Source: Patescibacteria group bacterium
GTDB lineage: Bacteria; Patescibacteriota; Minisyncoccia; UBA6257; 2-01-FULL-56-20
DNA length: 64,000 bases
Assembly: GCA_038063755.1 (NCBI GenBank)
Contig: JBBTUL010000011.1
Span: forward strand, 3,946 to 67,945
Direction of reading: 5' to 3'
The position numbers and the translations under genes were made by a program. Of this stretch, positions 18,348 through 26,859 are shown piece by piece; positions within the stretch are counted from its first letter, which is position 1, and each line of letters starts with the position of its first letter. The notes under the pieces were generated by a model. The model searched no databases, was not told the origin of the DNA, and worked only from the letters and a program-made list of their open reading frames with translations.

Positions 18348-18671
18348 ATGCTTGCTATAAAACTTCAGCGAATCGGAAAAAAGAAACAGCCAAGCTACCG
18401 TATCGTGGTGGCGGAAAGGCGATCGAAACTCGGAGCTCCTCCGGTTGAAGATATGGGGTCATACAACTCGGTTACCAAAAAAGGATCTGTGGCAAATGAC
18501 CGTGTTTTGTATTGGGTCTCAAAAGGCGCAAAACCGACGACAACCGCGCACAACCTTCTCGTTCGTCTCGGCGCGCTTTCTTCTCCAAAGATTGCGGTAA
18601 AAATGAAGAAAAAAGCGGTCTTGGAGGAAACCGCAAAGGCGCCGGAGATGTCTCCAGAGAAGGCCGAATAG
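18348..18671 (+). CDS. rpsP: 30S ribosomal protein S16
   Basis: MLAIKLQRIGKKKQPSYRIVVA, YW...GAKPT; TTGACA(18309)-17-TACTAT(18332) promoter upstream. Confidence 0.95.
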   Translation: MLAIKLQRIGKKKQPSYRIVVAERRSKLGAPPVEDMGSYNSVTKKGSVANDRVLYWVSKGAKPTTTAHNLLVRLGALSSPKIAVKMKKKAVLEETAKAPEMSPEKAE

Positions 18672-18785
18672 GGCAAGTATTCTTCCAGGGAGACGTTGAC
18701 ACAGGATAATTTTTGTGCTAGAATTGTAAAATCTTCATACTGGGGAATTGAACGAAAGGAAAGGTCGAAAACGAATTGATATGAA

Positions 18786-19082
18786 ATGTCAGAAACCGTA
18801 GATAAAGCATTCCTCGAATTTCTTGTTAAGTCTCTCGTTGATCATCCCGATGACGTTCGTGTTGACCGGAAGGTTGACGAGCGCGGTGTGCTTCTCACTC
18901 TTCATGTAAACTCATCCGACATGGGACACGTTGTCGGACGTCGCGGAGCAACCGCAAACGCGATCCGATCGCTTGTTCGTATCGTAGGTATCAAAAACGA
19001 TTCTAGGATAAACTTGAAGATCGAGGAACCCGAGGGCTCAATGAGACGAGAACATCCGATGGGTGCCGAAGGAACATTGTAG
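18786..19082 (+). CDS. khpA: KH-domain RNA-binding protein KhpA
   Basis: LV..LVDHP, DMGHVVGRRG.TA.AIR; conserved position after rpsP. Confidence 0.9.
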   Translation: MSETVDKAFLEFLVKSLVDHPDDVRVDRKVDERGVLLTLHVNSSDMGHVVGRRGATANAIRSLVRIVGIKNDSRINLKIEEPEGSMRREHPMGAEGTL

Positions 19083-19164
19083 GACGCAATTTCCCAAAGA
19101 TGCCACTGTGCTGATCTAGACACGCGGTGGTGTTTTTGTATATACTGGAAAAACTGAAAGAAAC

Positions 19165-19734
19165 ATGCTTGCATACACCGACCTAAAAAAAGGGACACTC
19201 TTTGTACTTGATGGCGATCCGTATGAGGTGATTGAATCGCATTTTTTGCGTATGCAGCAGCGAAAGGCGGTTGTTCAGACGAAGATACAGAATCTTATTA
19301 CGGGAAAGATCCTCGATCGAAATTGGCAAGCAAGCGACAATTTTGAAGAGGCCGAAGTGGAAAAGAAAAAAGCAATTTTTATTTATAGCCATCGCGGAGA
19401 ATGCTGGTTTACGGAAGAAGGAAACCCAAAAAATCGATTTCCTCTTACGGCAGATTCTATCGGAGAACAGGCAAGGTTTTTGAAACCGAACACGCCCGTT
19501 GGAACGACCGTGTTTAACGAAAAAGTTATCAAGATTGAACTTCCGGTAAAAATGGATTTTGTGGTGACGGAGGCTCCTCCTTCCATAAAAGGGAATACCG
19601 CACAAGGAGGCAACAAGACGGTAACTCTTGAGGGAGGAGTTACCATCCTCGCCCCGCTTTTTATAAACACCGGAGACGTGGTGCGAGTAAATACTGAGAC
19701 AGGAGAGTACGCAGAACGGATCGATAAAAAATAA
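19165..19734 (+). CDS. efp: Elongation factor P
   Basis: DLKKG...DG.PY, RMQQR tip loop, KGNTAQGG.K..TLE.G, PLFI..GD..RVNT.TGEY. Confidence 0.95.
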   Translation: MLAYTDLKKGTLFVLDGDPYEVIESHFLRMQQRKAVVQTKIQNLITGKILDRNWQASDNFEEAEVEKKKAIFIYSHRGECWFTEEGNPKNRFPLTADSIGEQARFLKPNTPVGTTVFNEKVIKIELPVKMDFVVTEAPPSIKGNTAQGGNKTVTLEGGVTILAPLFINTGDVVRVNTETGEYAERIDKK

Positions 19735-19838
19735 AAACCCCGACCAAGGTCGGAGTGTTGCATTACTTGTCGAACACACTTGCGATTATGCGCACCAGCG
19801 GCCCTTCGGTAAGGCCGCTTATGGTCAACTAGATTTTT

Positions 19839-20951
19839 ATGCTAAAAAAGAAAGGAAAAACAGTGTTTGTCGGCATGTCCGGGGGAGTTGATTCCTCGGT
19901 TGCGGCTTACCTTTTGAAGCGCAGCGGTCATTGCGTCATCGGGATTTTTTTGCGCTGCTGGAGCGGCCCCGATGCCGGCGGAGTCGGGGTAAACTGCGCC
20001 GAACGTGATGCAGAAGACGCACGACGCGTTGCCGAGGTTCTTAAAATACCATTTTATGTTTGGGATTTTGAGAGAGAATACGAGCAAAAAGTTGTGGAGT
20101 ACATGGTTCAAGGATATCGAGAGGGGATAACACCGAATCCTGACGTTGCGTGCAACCGCGAGATAAAATTCGGACTTTTTCTGAAGCGAGCCAAGCTGCT
20201 CGGCGCAGACCATGTCGCGACAGGGCACTACGCGAGAATCAAAAGCTCAAAATCTGGGATGAAAGACGGGAGGGAATATCGACTCAGCGCTGCGAAAGAC
20301 AAGAATAAAGATCAAAGCTATTTCCTGTGGACATTAACCCAGCGCGACCTTAAGCATGTGCTTTTTCCGATCGGCGTTTATTTAAAAAGCGAGGTTCGCG
20401 AGATTGCTCGGAGGGCGAATCTTCCTACGGCCGAGAAGAAAGATTCGCAAGGAATATGCTTCTTGGGGAAAATTACGATTGAAGATTTCCTTCGTTCATA
20501 CATTTCCCCAAAGAAAGGGGCAGTACTTTCGGTTAAAAACGAGATCCTCGGCGAACATGAAGGAGCTCACCTTTATACGGTTGGACAAAGGCGCGGAATA
20601 GGAAATATAAAACATCAAAAAGGCATGAACACCCACAAGCCGCTTTATGTTTCGGCGAAAGATATGGCGATGAACACCGTCACGGTCGCCGAAGAGAATG
20701 ACCATAAAGCGTTATGTCGCGACACAATTACCCTTAAAAATATAAACTGGGTTTCGCGTGCGCCGAGAGATAATGAAAAGATTCTAGTGCGCACTCGCTA
20801 TCGACAGGCGCTCCGTGAGGCGGTCTTCAAAAAGGATGGCAAAAACTGCATCCTCAAATTCACTACTCCCCAAAGGTTTGTTGCGCCCGGTCAGTCTGCT
20901 GTTGTGTATGTGAAGAGCGGAGAGATGCTTGGAGGAGGCGTCATTCTTTAG
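19839..20951 (+). CDS. mnmA: tRNA 2-thiouridine(34) synthase
   Basis: SGGVDSSVAA, TPNPDVACN..IKF, ATGHYA, KDQSYFL, DSQGICF, PGQSAV. Confidence 0.97.
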   Translation: MLKKKGKTVFVGMSGGVDSSVAAYLLKRSGHCVIGIFLRCWSGPDAGGVGVNCAERDAEDARRVAEVLKIPFYVWDFEREYEQKVVEYMVQGYREGITPNPDVACNREIKFGLFLKRAKLLGADHVATGHYARIKSSKSGMKDGREYRLSAAKDKNKDQSYFLWTLTQRDLKHVLFPIGVYLKSEVREIARRANLPTAEKKDSQGICFLGKITIEDFLRSYISPKKGAVLSVKNEILGEHEGAHLYTVGQRRGIGNIKHQKGMNTHKPLYVSAKDMAMNTVTVAEENDHKALCRDTITLKNINWVSRAPRDNEKILVRTRYRQALREAVFKKDGKNCILKFTTPQRFVAPGQSAVVYVKSGEMLGGGVIL

Positions 20952-21009
20952 CCTTTACACAAACGTTGATCCGTCCTATTGTTGGAGAAGAAATTTTGAG
21001 GGAGGTTTG

Positions 21010-21210
21010 ATGGAGAAGCTCCGAAGATTTATAGAACGGCATCGAAGCGGGCACATCAATATGCCCCACGAAGTTTTACGGGAGTTCCTGAATGTGGAAG
21101 CTGACGGAAGTTTTTTAACCATTCCTGAGTCCGAAAGAAAGATTCTTTTAGGATGTCTCGCGTGCAAGGCTAAAATAGACATCGAACGAGCGGGAATGCA
21201 TGCAGAATAG
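21010..21210 (+). CDS. Small hypothetical protein with CxxC, 66 aa
   Basis: GGAGG SD 21001-21005, upstream TTTACA/TATTGT, downstream hairpin with T-run; resembles a degenerate zf-HC2 helix. Confidence 0.55.
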   Translation: MEKLRRFIERHRSGHINMPHEVLREFLNVEADGSFLTIPESERKILLGCLACKAKIDIERAGMHAE

Positions 21211-21304
21211 GTCGATCTTTCGGTCGGCCCTTTTTAATAAAGGCCGTGCCGATGTGGGCGGGGGGGGGTGGACAAGAGAAATTCGGCATATTATAATTGT
21301 TGCC

Positions 21305-22087
21305 ATGTCAGATGAAGCTTTGATTTCAGCACAAAAAAACGAAGAGGTAGTAGTAGAATCGGGGCCCCTCGATCCTGAGCTAAAAGAGATGCTTGATGCA
21401 GGGGTGTTTTATGGCAGGACAAGAACGAAAACCCACCCGAGACTTAAGCCGTACATTACCGCAAACAGGAGTGGTATAGAAATTATTAATCTTGAAAAAG
21501 TTTTGCCGATGCTTCGCACGGCAGAAGAGTTTCTCGTGAGCCGGGTGGAAAAAGGCGCCCTCCCGATCGTTGTGGGAACCCAGCCGATGGCCCAAGAAAT
21601 TGTTTCAGAGACCATATCGCCATTTGGAATTCCATTTGTAACCAACCGCTGGCTTGGAGGAACGCTTACTAATTTCAAGATCATTTCAAAGAGAATTGAG
21701 TATTTTACGAAATTAAAAGAAGGCCTTGCTTCGGGGGCATTTAAGGGATACACCAAGAAGGAGCAGCTTGATCTTGAAAAAGAATCAGTTCGAATGAATG
21801 TGCTTTTCGGAAGTATTGAAGTGATGAGCGCACGGCCCGACCTCCTTTTGGTGATTGATCCGGTGGTTCACAAGACCGCCGTGCAAGAGGCGAGGCGCTT
21901 AGGAATACCGGTGCTTGCTTTCATGAACACAGATGCTGACCCAGACAGTGTCGACTACCCCGTCCTGGGGAACACGAAAGCAAAAGAAAGTATTCAATGG
22001 TTCCTTTCGAAGATGGCTGGGGCCATCAATGAGGGGAAGAAAAAAATATCGGTTGTCGAACCAGCAGTAGTAACTGCGAAGGAATAG
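21305..22087 (+). CDS. rpsB: 30S ribosomal protein S2
   Basis: MLDAGVFYG, RWLGGTLTNF, EARRLGIPV, TDADP; immediately upstream of tsf. Confidence 0.95.
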   Translation: MSDEALISAQKNEEVVVESGPLDPELKEMLDAGVFYGRTRTKTHPRLKPYITANRSGIEIINLEKVLPMLRTAEEFLVSRVEKGALPIVVGTQPMAQEIVSETISPFGIPFVTNRWLGGTLTNFKIISKRIEYFTKLKEGLASGAFKGYTKKEQLDLEKESVRMNVLFGSIEVMSARPDLLLVIDPVVHKTAVQEARRLGIPVLAFMNTDADPDSVDYPVLGNTKAKESIQWFLSKMAGAINEGKKKISVVEPAVVTAKE

Positions 22088-22088
22088 C

Positions 22089-22538
22089 ATGGGAGTAAAC
22101 ACGCAAGAAGTACAACGGCTTCGAGAGACGACAGGAGCAGGAGTTGTTGAGTGTAAGAAGGCACTGGACGAGGCGAAAGGGGACTTTGAAGTCGCGAAAA
22201 AGATAATTCACGAAAAAGGACTTGCGAAGGTGGAGAAAAGGGCGGGAAGAGAAGCCGGTTCAGGTCTTATTTTCTCATACGTGCACAGCGACCGGATCGG
22301 GGTTTTGGTTGATGTTCGAGCCGAGACCGACTTTGTGGTTCGCTCCGAACCATTTCGGACGCTTGTCCGCGAGGTTGCCATGCAGATTTCTGCGATGGCC
22401 CCGCAGAACGTCGACGATCTTTTGGAGCAACCCTATATTCGTGATGAATCGAAAAAAATTTCCGACCTTGTAAATGAAGTCATCGCGCGGGTTGGTGAGA
22501 ATGTGAAGGTTTCAAGTTTCTACCGAATGGAGATTTAG
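22089..22538 (+). CDS. tsf: Elongation factor Ts (short form)
   Basis: LRETTGAGVVECKKAL, ETDFV, GENVKV; 149 aa. Confidence 0.95.
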   Translation: MGVNTQEVQRLRETTGAGVVECKKALDEAKGDFEVAKKIIHEKGLAKVEKRAGREAGSGLIFSYVHSDRIGVLVDVRAETDFVVRSEPFRTLVREVAMQISAMAPQNVDDLLEQPYIRDESKKISDLVNEVIARVGENVKVSSFYRMEI

Positions 22539-22542
22539 AGTC

Positions 22543-22905
22543 TTGATGATGACCGAACTTATTGTCTCAACTGTTTTCATGATTGCCGTAGGGGTTCTGG
22601 TGTATTTAGTTGTCCGAACCATTCCCAGGATTGATGAGGGCGCGGGAGGTGGACAAAGGACATGGGAGAGGTGGTTTACCGCCGAACTTCCCGAGAAGCT
22701 TGATGGCGTTACGAACGCATTTTTGGTGAAGTTTTTCAGAAAGGCAAAGGTGGTTGTTTTGAAGCTCGATAATTTTTTGAACCGAGAGTTAAAAAGGGTC
22801 CGACCGGAGGACGGAATTGCGGCAGCGCAGAAGCCTGATTTTAAGGACTTGGCGGGAGAGCAAGCCGCGTTGAGAGAGAGAAAAGACGAAGCCGAGAAGA
22901 ATTGA
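22543..22905 (+). CDS. Hypothetical single-pass membrane protein
   Basis: N-terminal hydrophobic helix, 120 aa; follows tsf. Confidence 0.6.
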   Translation: MMMTELIVSTVFMIAVGVLVYLVVRTIPRIDEGAGGGQRTWERWFTAELPEKLDGVTNAFLVKFFRKAKVVVLKLDNFLNRELKRVRPEDGIAAAQKPDFKDLAGEQAALRERKDEAEKN

Positions 22906-22951
22906 AAGTTTTTGCTAAGAGTCATATAATTCTTTTGTTTAGGTTTCAAAC

Positions 22952-23038
22952 GCCGCGGTGGCGGAGTGGTCAATCGCAACAGACTGTAAATCTGTCGCCC
23001 AATGGGCTACGCAGGTTCGAATCCTGCCCGCGGCACCA
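22952..23038 (+). tRNA. tRNA-Tyr(GTA), CCA encoded
   Basis: Acceptor GCCGCGG/CCGCGGC, anticodon arm ACAGA-CTGTAAA-TCTGT, long variable arm, GGTTCGAATCC; promoter TTGAAA(22902)-17-TATAAT(22925). Confidence 0.97.
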
Positions 23039-23085
23039 GAAAGCGAAGGGTTGCATAATTTTTTTAGGGTAAGTATTATAAAAGT

Positions 23086-23192
23086 AGAGTTCCTTTCGGC
23101 GGCATCATCGCCGACTGGAGCCGCTGCCCCGGGGGAAAACCCCTGCGGCAGGCTGGGCTGGCACCACCGTTGCCGCCCAGCCTTCTTTTTTT
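23086..23192 (+). ncRNA. Candidate small RNA (three hairpins, own promoter and terminator)
   Basis: TTGCAT(23051)-17-TATTAT(23074); GC-rich hairpins 23096-23114, 23124-23151, 23151-23182 then a T-run; no convincing ORF. Confidence 0.5.
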
Positions 23193-23244
23193 AAGAGCTA
23201 TACCACAGTAACGAGAGCGCATATATTGATGTAGAATTGTGTGT

Positions 23245-23748
23245 ATGCGTGAATACGTAACCGACGCGATAGTGCTCGACAGAGAGCCTTCAGGAGAGAG
23301 AGATTTTCGTGTCGTTTTGTTTACAAAGCTCTTTGGGAAGATCGACGCTCGCGCGAAGAGTGCGAGAAATATAACGTCGAAGCTTTCGTCCCACTTAAAT
23401 CCTGGAGCGGTTGTCCGGGTTCGTGTCGTAGAGAAGAAAAACAGACACATTGTAGACGCTATTAGGGAAGGGACGGTTGTTTCTTCTCCGACATCGCTTC
23501 ACCGCCTTTTGGGGCTTTTGCCAGATGAAGTTCCAGAGATTGAGCTTTGGGACATGCTGCTTTCCGGAGCGCCTCGATGGAGTGACGTCCTTACGGCTCT
23601 CGGATGGGGTCCAAAGAGCGCTGAGTGCGAGCTTTGTACATCTACGGACCACCTTTTGTTCCATCCGCGAACGCAGAAGTTTTTCTGCATAAACTGCGCT
23701 TCAAAACTTCCCCTGAAGGAAGTACTATATATTCATGAGTCTCTTTAG
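23245..23748 (+). CDS. recO: DNA repair protein RecO (short)
   Basis: DAIVL.....GE.D..V.LFT..FGKI...AKSAR...SKL; C-terminal CxxC...CxxC. Confidence 0.85.
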   Translation: MREYVTDAIVLDREPSGERDFRVVLFTKLFGKIDARAKSARNITSKLSSHLNPGAVVRVRVVEKKNRHIVDAIREGTVVSSPTSLHRLLGLLPDEVPEIELWDMLLSGAPRWSDVLTALGWGPKSAECELCTSTDHLLFHPRTQKFFCINCASKLPLKEVLYIHESL

Positions 23749-25477
23749 TATTCGCAGGCGAAGCGGGGGCGTAGGGACAGTTATGATCGTTGTGATCGCG
23801 GTTATTGCCATAGCCGTATTTGGCTATTTAAGCTTTTTTTCGAAGTCGCGACCGAGCGTTGCGATTGAGGTTACGAAGCCAGACGAAGTTCTCGTCGGAG
23901 AGCCGTTTTCGGTTACCGTTGCATACTCAAACGAATCTGAACAGGTTCTTAAAAATGTACAAGTCGGTCTTTCGGTGCCGGAGGATATTATTTTTGTTGG
24001 CGGGAAAGGGGAGCGAGCGAGAGATGAGTCTGTGGGAGATATCGGACCCGGGAGCATGAACCAAAAAACATTTACCTTACTCGTGACGAAAGGAGAGCAA
24101 AGCGTGCGGCAGCTCGTCGCAAGGCTTCGCTATGGGATTGAGGGGAGCGCAAAGGCTCAATTTGAGGAGACTACGAAAGCAGACATTGTTGTTGGCCGAT
24201 CAAGTATAGCTCTTCATCTCACGACTCCGGAGACCGTATTTAGTGGAGAGCGATTTGAAACAAAGATCGAGTATCAGAATGACAGCAAACAGGAATTCAA
24301 AAATCTTAAGGTTGTTGCCGAATATCCTCAAAACTACCAGATTGAAGAGACTAACCCGTTTCCTTCACAGAAAAATAATGAATGGGATATACGAAGCATC
24401 CTTCCTGGGGAGCGAGGAACCATTCTTGTTTCAGGGAACGCGATCGGGGAAGAGGGATCGTTCTTCTCGTTGAACGTGAAACTGTTAGGCGAGTTTTTCG
24501 GAGAGGAGCAGCAGCTAAACGCCCAAGAGGCATCGGTTGGGATTTCCGTCGCGCCTCTGTCGCTTAGAATACTTTTGAACGGAGAGAACGATCCAACGGT
24601 CAAAAGCGGAGATACGCTTCGATATGCGCTGATGTATAAAAACAACTCCGACACCCCCCTTAAAGACCTTTCTGCCCAAGTTGGACTCACGGGAGAGCTT
24701 TATGACTTCAGGACCCTGCACACGCAAGGATCGTTCAACTCCATAACAAATATGCTAAGTTGGGCGGTAGCAAATGTGAAAGAACTTTCTTCTCTTGAGC
24801 CAGGCGAAGAAGGGACGCTCACGTTCGAAGTAAACACAAAGAGGGATTTTACGATCAAACGACTTAGCGATAAAAATTATACTCTGCGTGTTCGTGCAAA
24901 TATGCAGTCACCGACTGTCCCTCCTGGCGTGCAAGCTCAAAAAACGGTTTCTATTGCCATGAAGGAAACGAAAGTACAGGGGAGGCTTGCGTTGAAGTCT
25001 TCGGGATATTTTTATGATGCACAGTCGGGGATACTTAATAAAGGCCAATATCCACCTCGCGTAAATCAACCGACACAGTACACGATGCACTGGAAACTCA
25101 CAAATTATTCAACCGACGTGAAAAATATTCGTGTTTCGGCATTTCTTCAGTCAGGCGCAAAGTTTACCGGGGAAGTTAAAACAAATATTGACTCGCCTCC
25201 GATCTATAATTCAGAGACTGGCGAGGTTGTTTGGGAGGTCCCATTTCTTTCATCCGGTAGGGGGATAATAAACACAGCCCCTGAAGTAGTTTTCCAGATT
25301 GAAGTAATCCCGCCAATTACGGCGCTCAATCAGGACCTTGCGCTTCTTAGCGAGTCGCGATTTCGAGGAGAAGATGTGTTTACGGGGAGTATCCTTGAGG
25401 GCGTTACCCCTCCGATTTCGACGGCACTTCCTGATGATACAAAAATCAGTACGCAGAATCGACAGGTTCAAAATTGA
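23735..25477 (+). CDS. Membrane-anchored extracellular protein with tandem Ig-like (DUF11-like) domains
   Basis: N-terminal TM helix then repeated Y.N......L.N/D..V......W....L.PGE.G units. Confidence 0.75.
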   Translation: MSLFSIRRRSGGVGTVMIVVIAVIAIAVFGYLSFFSKSRPSVAIEVTKPDEVLVGEPFSVTVAYSNESEQVLKNVQVGLSVPEDIIFVGGKGERARDESVGDIGPGSMNQKTFTLLVTKGEQSVRQLVARLRYGIEGSAKAQFEETTKADIVVGRSSIALHLTTPETVFSGERFETKIEYQNDSKQEFKNLKVVAEYPQNYQIEETNPFPSQKNNEWDIRSILPGERGTILVSGNAIGEEGSFFSLNVKLLGEFFGEEQQLNAQEASVGISVAPLSLRILLNGENDPTVKSGDTLRYALMYKNNSDTPLKDLSAQVGLTGELYDFRTLHTQGSFNSITNMLSWAVANVKELSSLEPGEEGTLTFEVNTKRDFTIKRLSDKNYTLRVRANMQSPTVPPGVQAQKTVSIAMKETKVQGRLALKSSGYFYDAQSGILNKGQYPPRVNQPTQYTMHWKLTNYSTDVKNIRVSAFLQSGAKFTGEVKTNIDSPPIYNSETGEVVWEVPFLSSGRGIINTAPEVVFQIEVIPPITALNQDLALLSESRFRGEDVFTGSILEGVTPPISTALPDDTKISTQNRQVQN

Positions 25478-25495
25478 TGGTTATAGTTAGGTACC

Positions 25496-26818
25496 ATGAG
25501 TGATCAGGAGAAGAGAATGGATAAAATTGTGAGCCTTGCGAAACGCAGGGGTTTTGTATTTCCCGGTTCCGAGATTTACGGAGGTTTGCGGGGAACTTGG
25601 GATTACGGGCCTTTGGGGGCATTACTCAAGAAGAACTTTAAAGATGAATGGTGGAAGGAGATGGTGCAATTGCGAGACGATGTTGTAGGTATCGATGCCG
25701 CAATCATGATGAACCCGAAAGCGTGGGAAGCTTCCGGTCATGTAGAAGCTTTTACCGATCCGCTCGTCGAGTGCAAAGTTTGCCACCAGCGTTTTAGAGC
25801 AGACAAGCCTGACGAAATAAAAGAGCACGAAGGAACACACAAGGGAAAGAAAGTTGAATGGACCGATCCGCAGAAATTCAATCTTTTGGTACGGGCATAC
25901 TTAGGAGTGCTTGAGGGAAAAGAATCGGAAATATTCCTGCGTGGAGAAATCACGAACGGTGTACATGTGAATTTTAAAAATATCGTGGACTCCACACGCA
26001 TCAAGATACCTTTCGGCGTCGCGCAAATCGGAAAAGCGTTTCGTAACGAAATCACTCCCGGTAATTTTATTTTCCGGAGCCGAGAGTTTGAGCAGGCGGA
26101 ACTTCAGTTCTACGTGAAACCGGAAGAAGAAGAGGGGAGAAAGTGGTTCGAATATTGGAAACAGAACAGGATGGATTGGTTTTTGAAAATCGGATTCAAC
26201 GAGTCTCATTTGCGCTTCCGTGATCACGAACCGGATGAACGCGCCCACTACGCGCGTTTTGCAACAGACATTGAATACAACGCCCCCTGGGGATGGGACG
26301 AGATGATGGGAATTCACCACAGAGGAGATTGGGACCTAAAGAGGCATCAGGAATATTCTGGCGTTGATATGTCATACAATGACCCACAAACCGGAGAAAA
26401 GTTTATTCCGTGGGACATCGAAACGTCTTCCGGCGTTGACCGACCGATCCTATTCCTCCTCCTTGACGCGTACACGGAAGATGGCGAGCGTATTTATTTG
26501 AAGCTGAATCCAAGACTTGCACCATACAAGGCCGCGGTCTTTCCTCTCTTGGCGAATAAGCCGGAGCTTGTGGAGCTCGCGAAAAAGATTCGGGACGATT
26601 TAAAAAAGAATTTTATGATTGCCTGGGACGACAGAGGAAACATCGGAAAACGCTATTACGCACAGGACGAGATTGGGACTCCTTACTGCATTACTATTGA
26701 TTTTCAGACGCTTGAAGACGGTACCGTGACCGTCCGAGACAGAGATTTCGCAAAACAAATACGCAAACCGATAGAGGAGCTTGCGGCATACATCTCCGAG
26801 GCAGTTCGCGGGTCGTAA
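25496..26818 (+). CDS. glyQS: Glycine--tRNA ligase, alpha2 type
   Basis: KRRGF...SEIYGG, DYGPLG, FRNEITP.NFIFR.REFEQ, IGKRY..QDEIGTP. Confidence 0.96.
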   Translation: MSDQEKRMDKIVSLAKRRGFVFPGSEIYGGLRGTWDYGPLGALLKKNFKDEWWKEMVQLRDDVVGIDAAIMMNPKAWEASGHVEAFTDPLVECKVCHQRFRADKPDEIKEHEGTHKGKKVEWTDPQKFNLLVRAYLGVLEGKESEIFLRGEITNGVHVNFKNIVDSTRIKIPFGVAQIGKAFRNEITPGNFIFRSREFEQAELQFYVKPEEEEGRKWFEYWKQNRMDWFLKIGFNESHLRFRDHEPDERAHYARFATDIEYNAPWGWDEMMGIHHRGDWDLKRHQEYSGVDMSYNDPQTGEKFIPWDIETSSGVDRPILFLLLDAYTEDGERIYLKLNPRLAPYKAAVFPLLANKPELVELAKKIRDDLKKNFMIAWDDRGNIGKRYYAQDEIGTPYCITIDFQTLEDGTVTVRDRDFAKQIRKPIEELAAYISEAVRGS

Positions 26819-26825
26819 AAGAAAG

Positions 26826-26859
26826 ATCCCCAGTATATCACATATGATATACTGGGGAT
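26826..26859. promoter_or_regulatory. 15-bp perfect inverted repeat covering the extended -10 of murA; candidate operator
   Basis: ATCCCCAGTATATCA-cata-TGATATACTGGGGAT ends immediately before ATG 26860. Confidence 0.7.

Noticed and set aside
19738-19838. Riboswitch in the mnmA leader (hairpins CCGACC/GGTCGG and AGCGGCC/GGCCGCT)
   Set aside because: No match to an aptamer consensus I can recognise; explicable as the efp terminator plus a leader hairpin.
22089-22538. tsf as a pseudogene because it is short
   Set aside because: Short single-subdomain EF-Ts forms are known; motifs and termini are intact.
23086-23192. SRP (4.5S) RNA assignment for the candidate sRNA
   Set aside because: The conserved CAGG...GGAA...AGCA domain IV motif is absent.
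25496-26818. Eukaryote/archaea-like GlyRS as an unusual transfer
   Set aside because: The alpha2 type is widespread in bacteria, including CPR.
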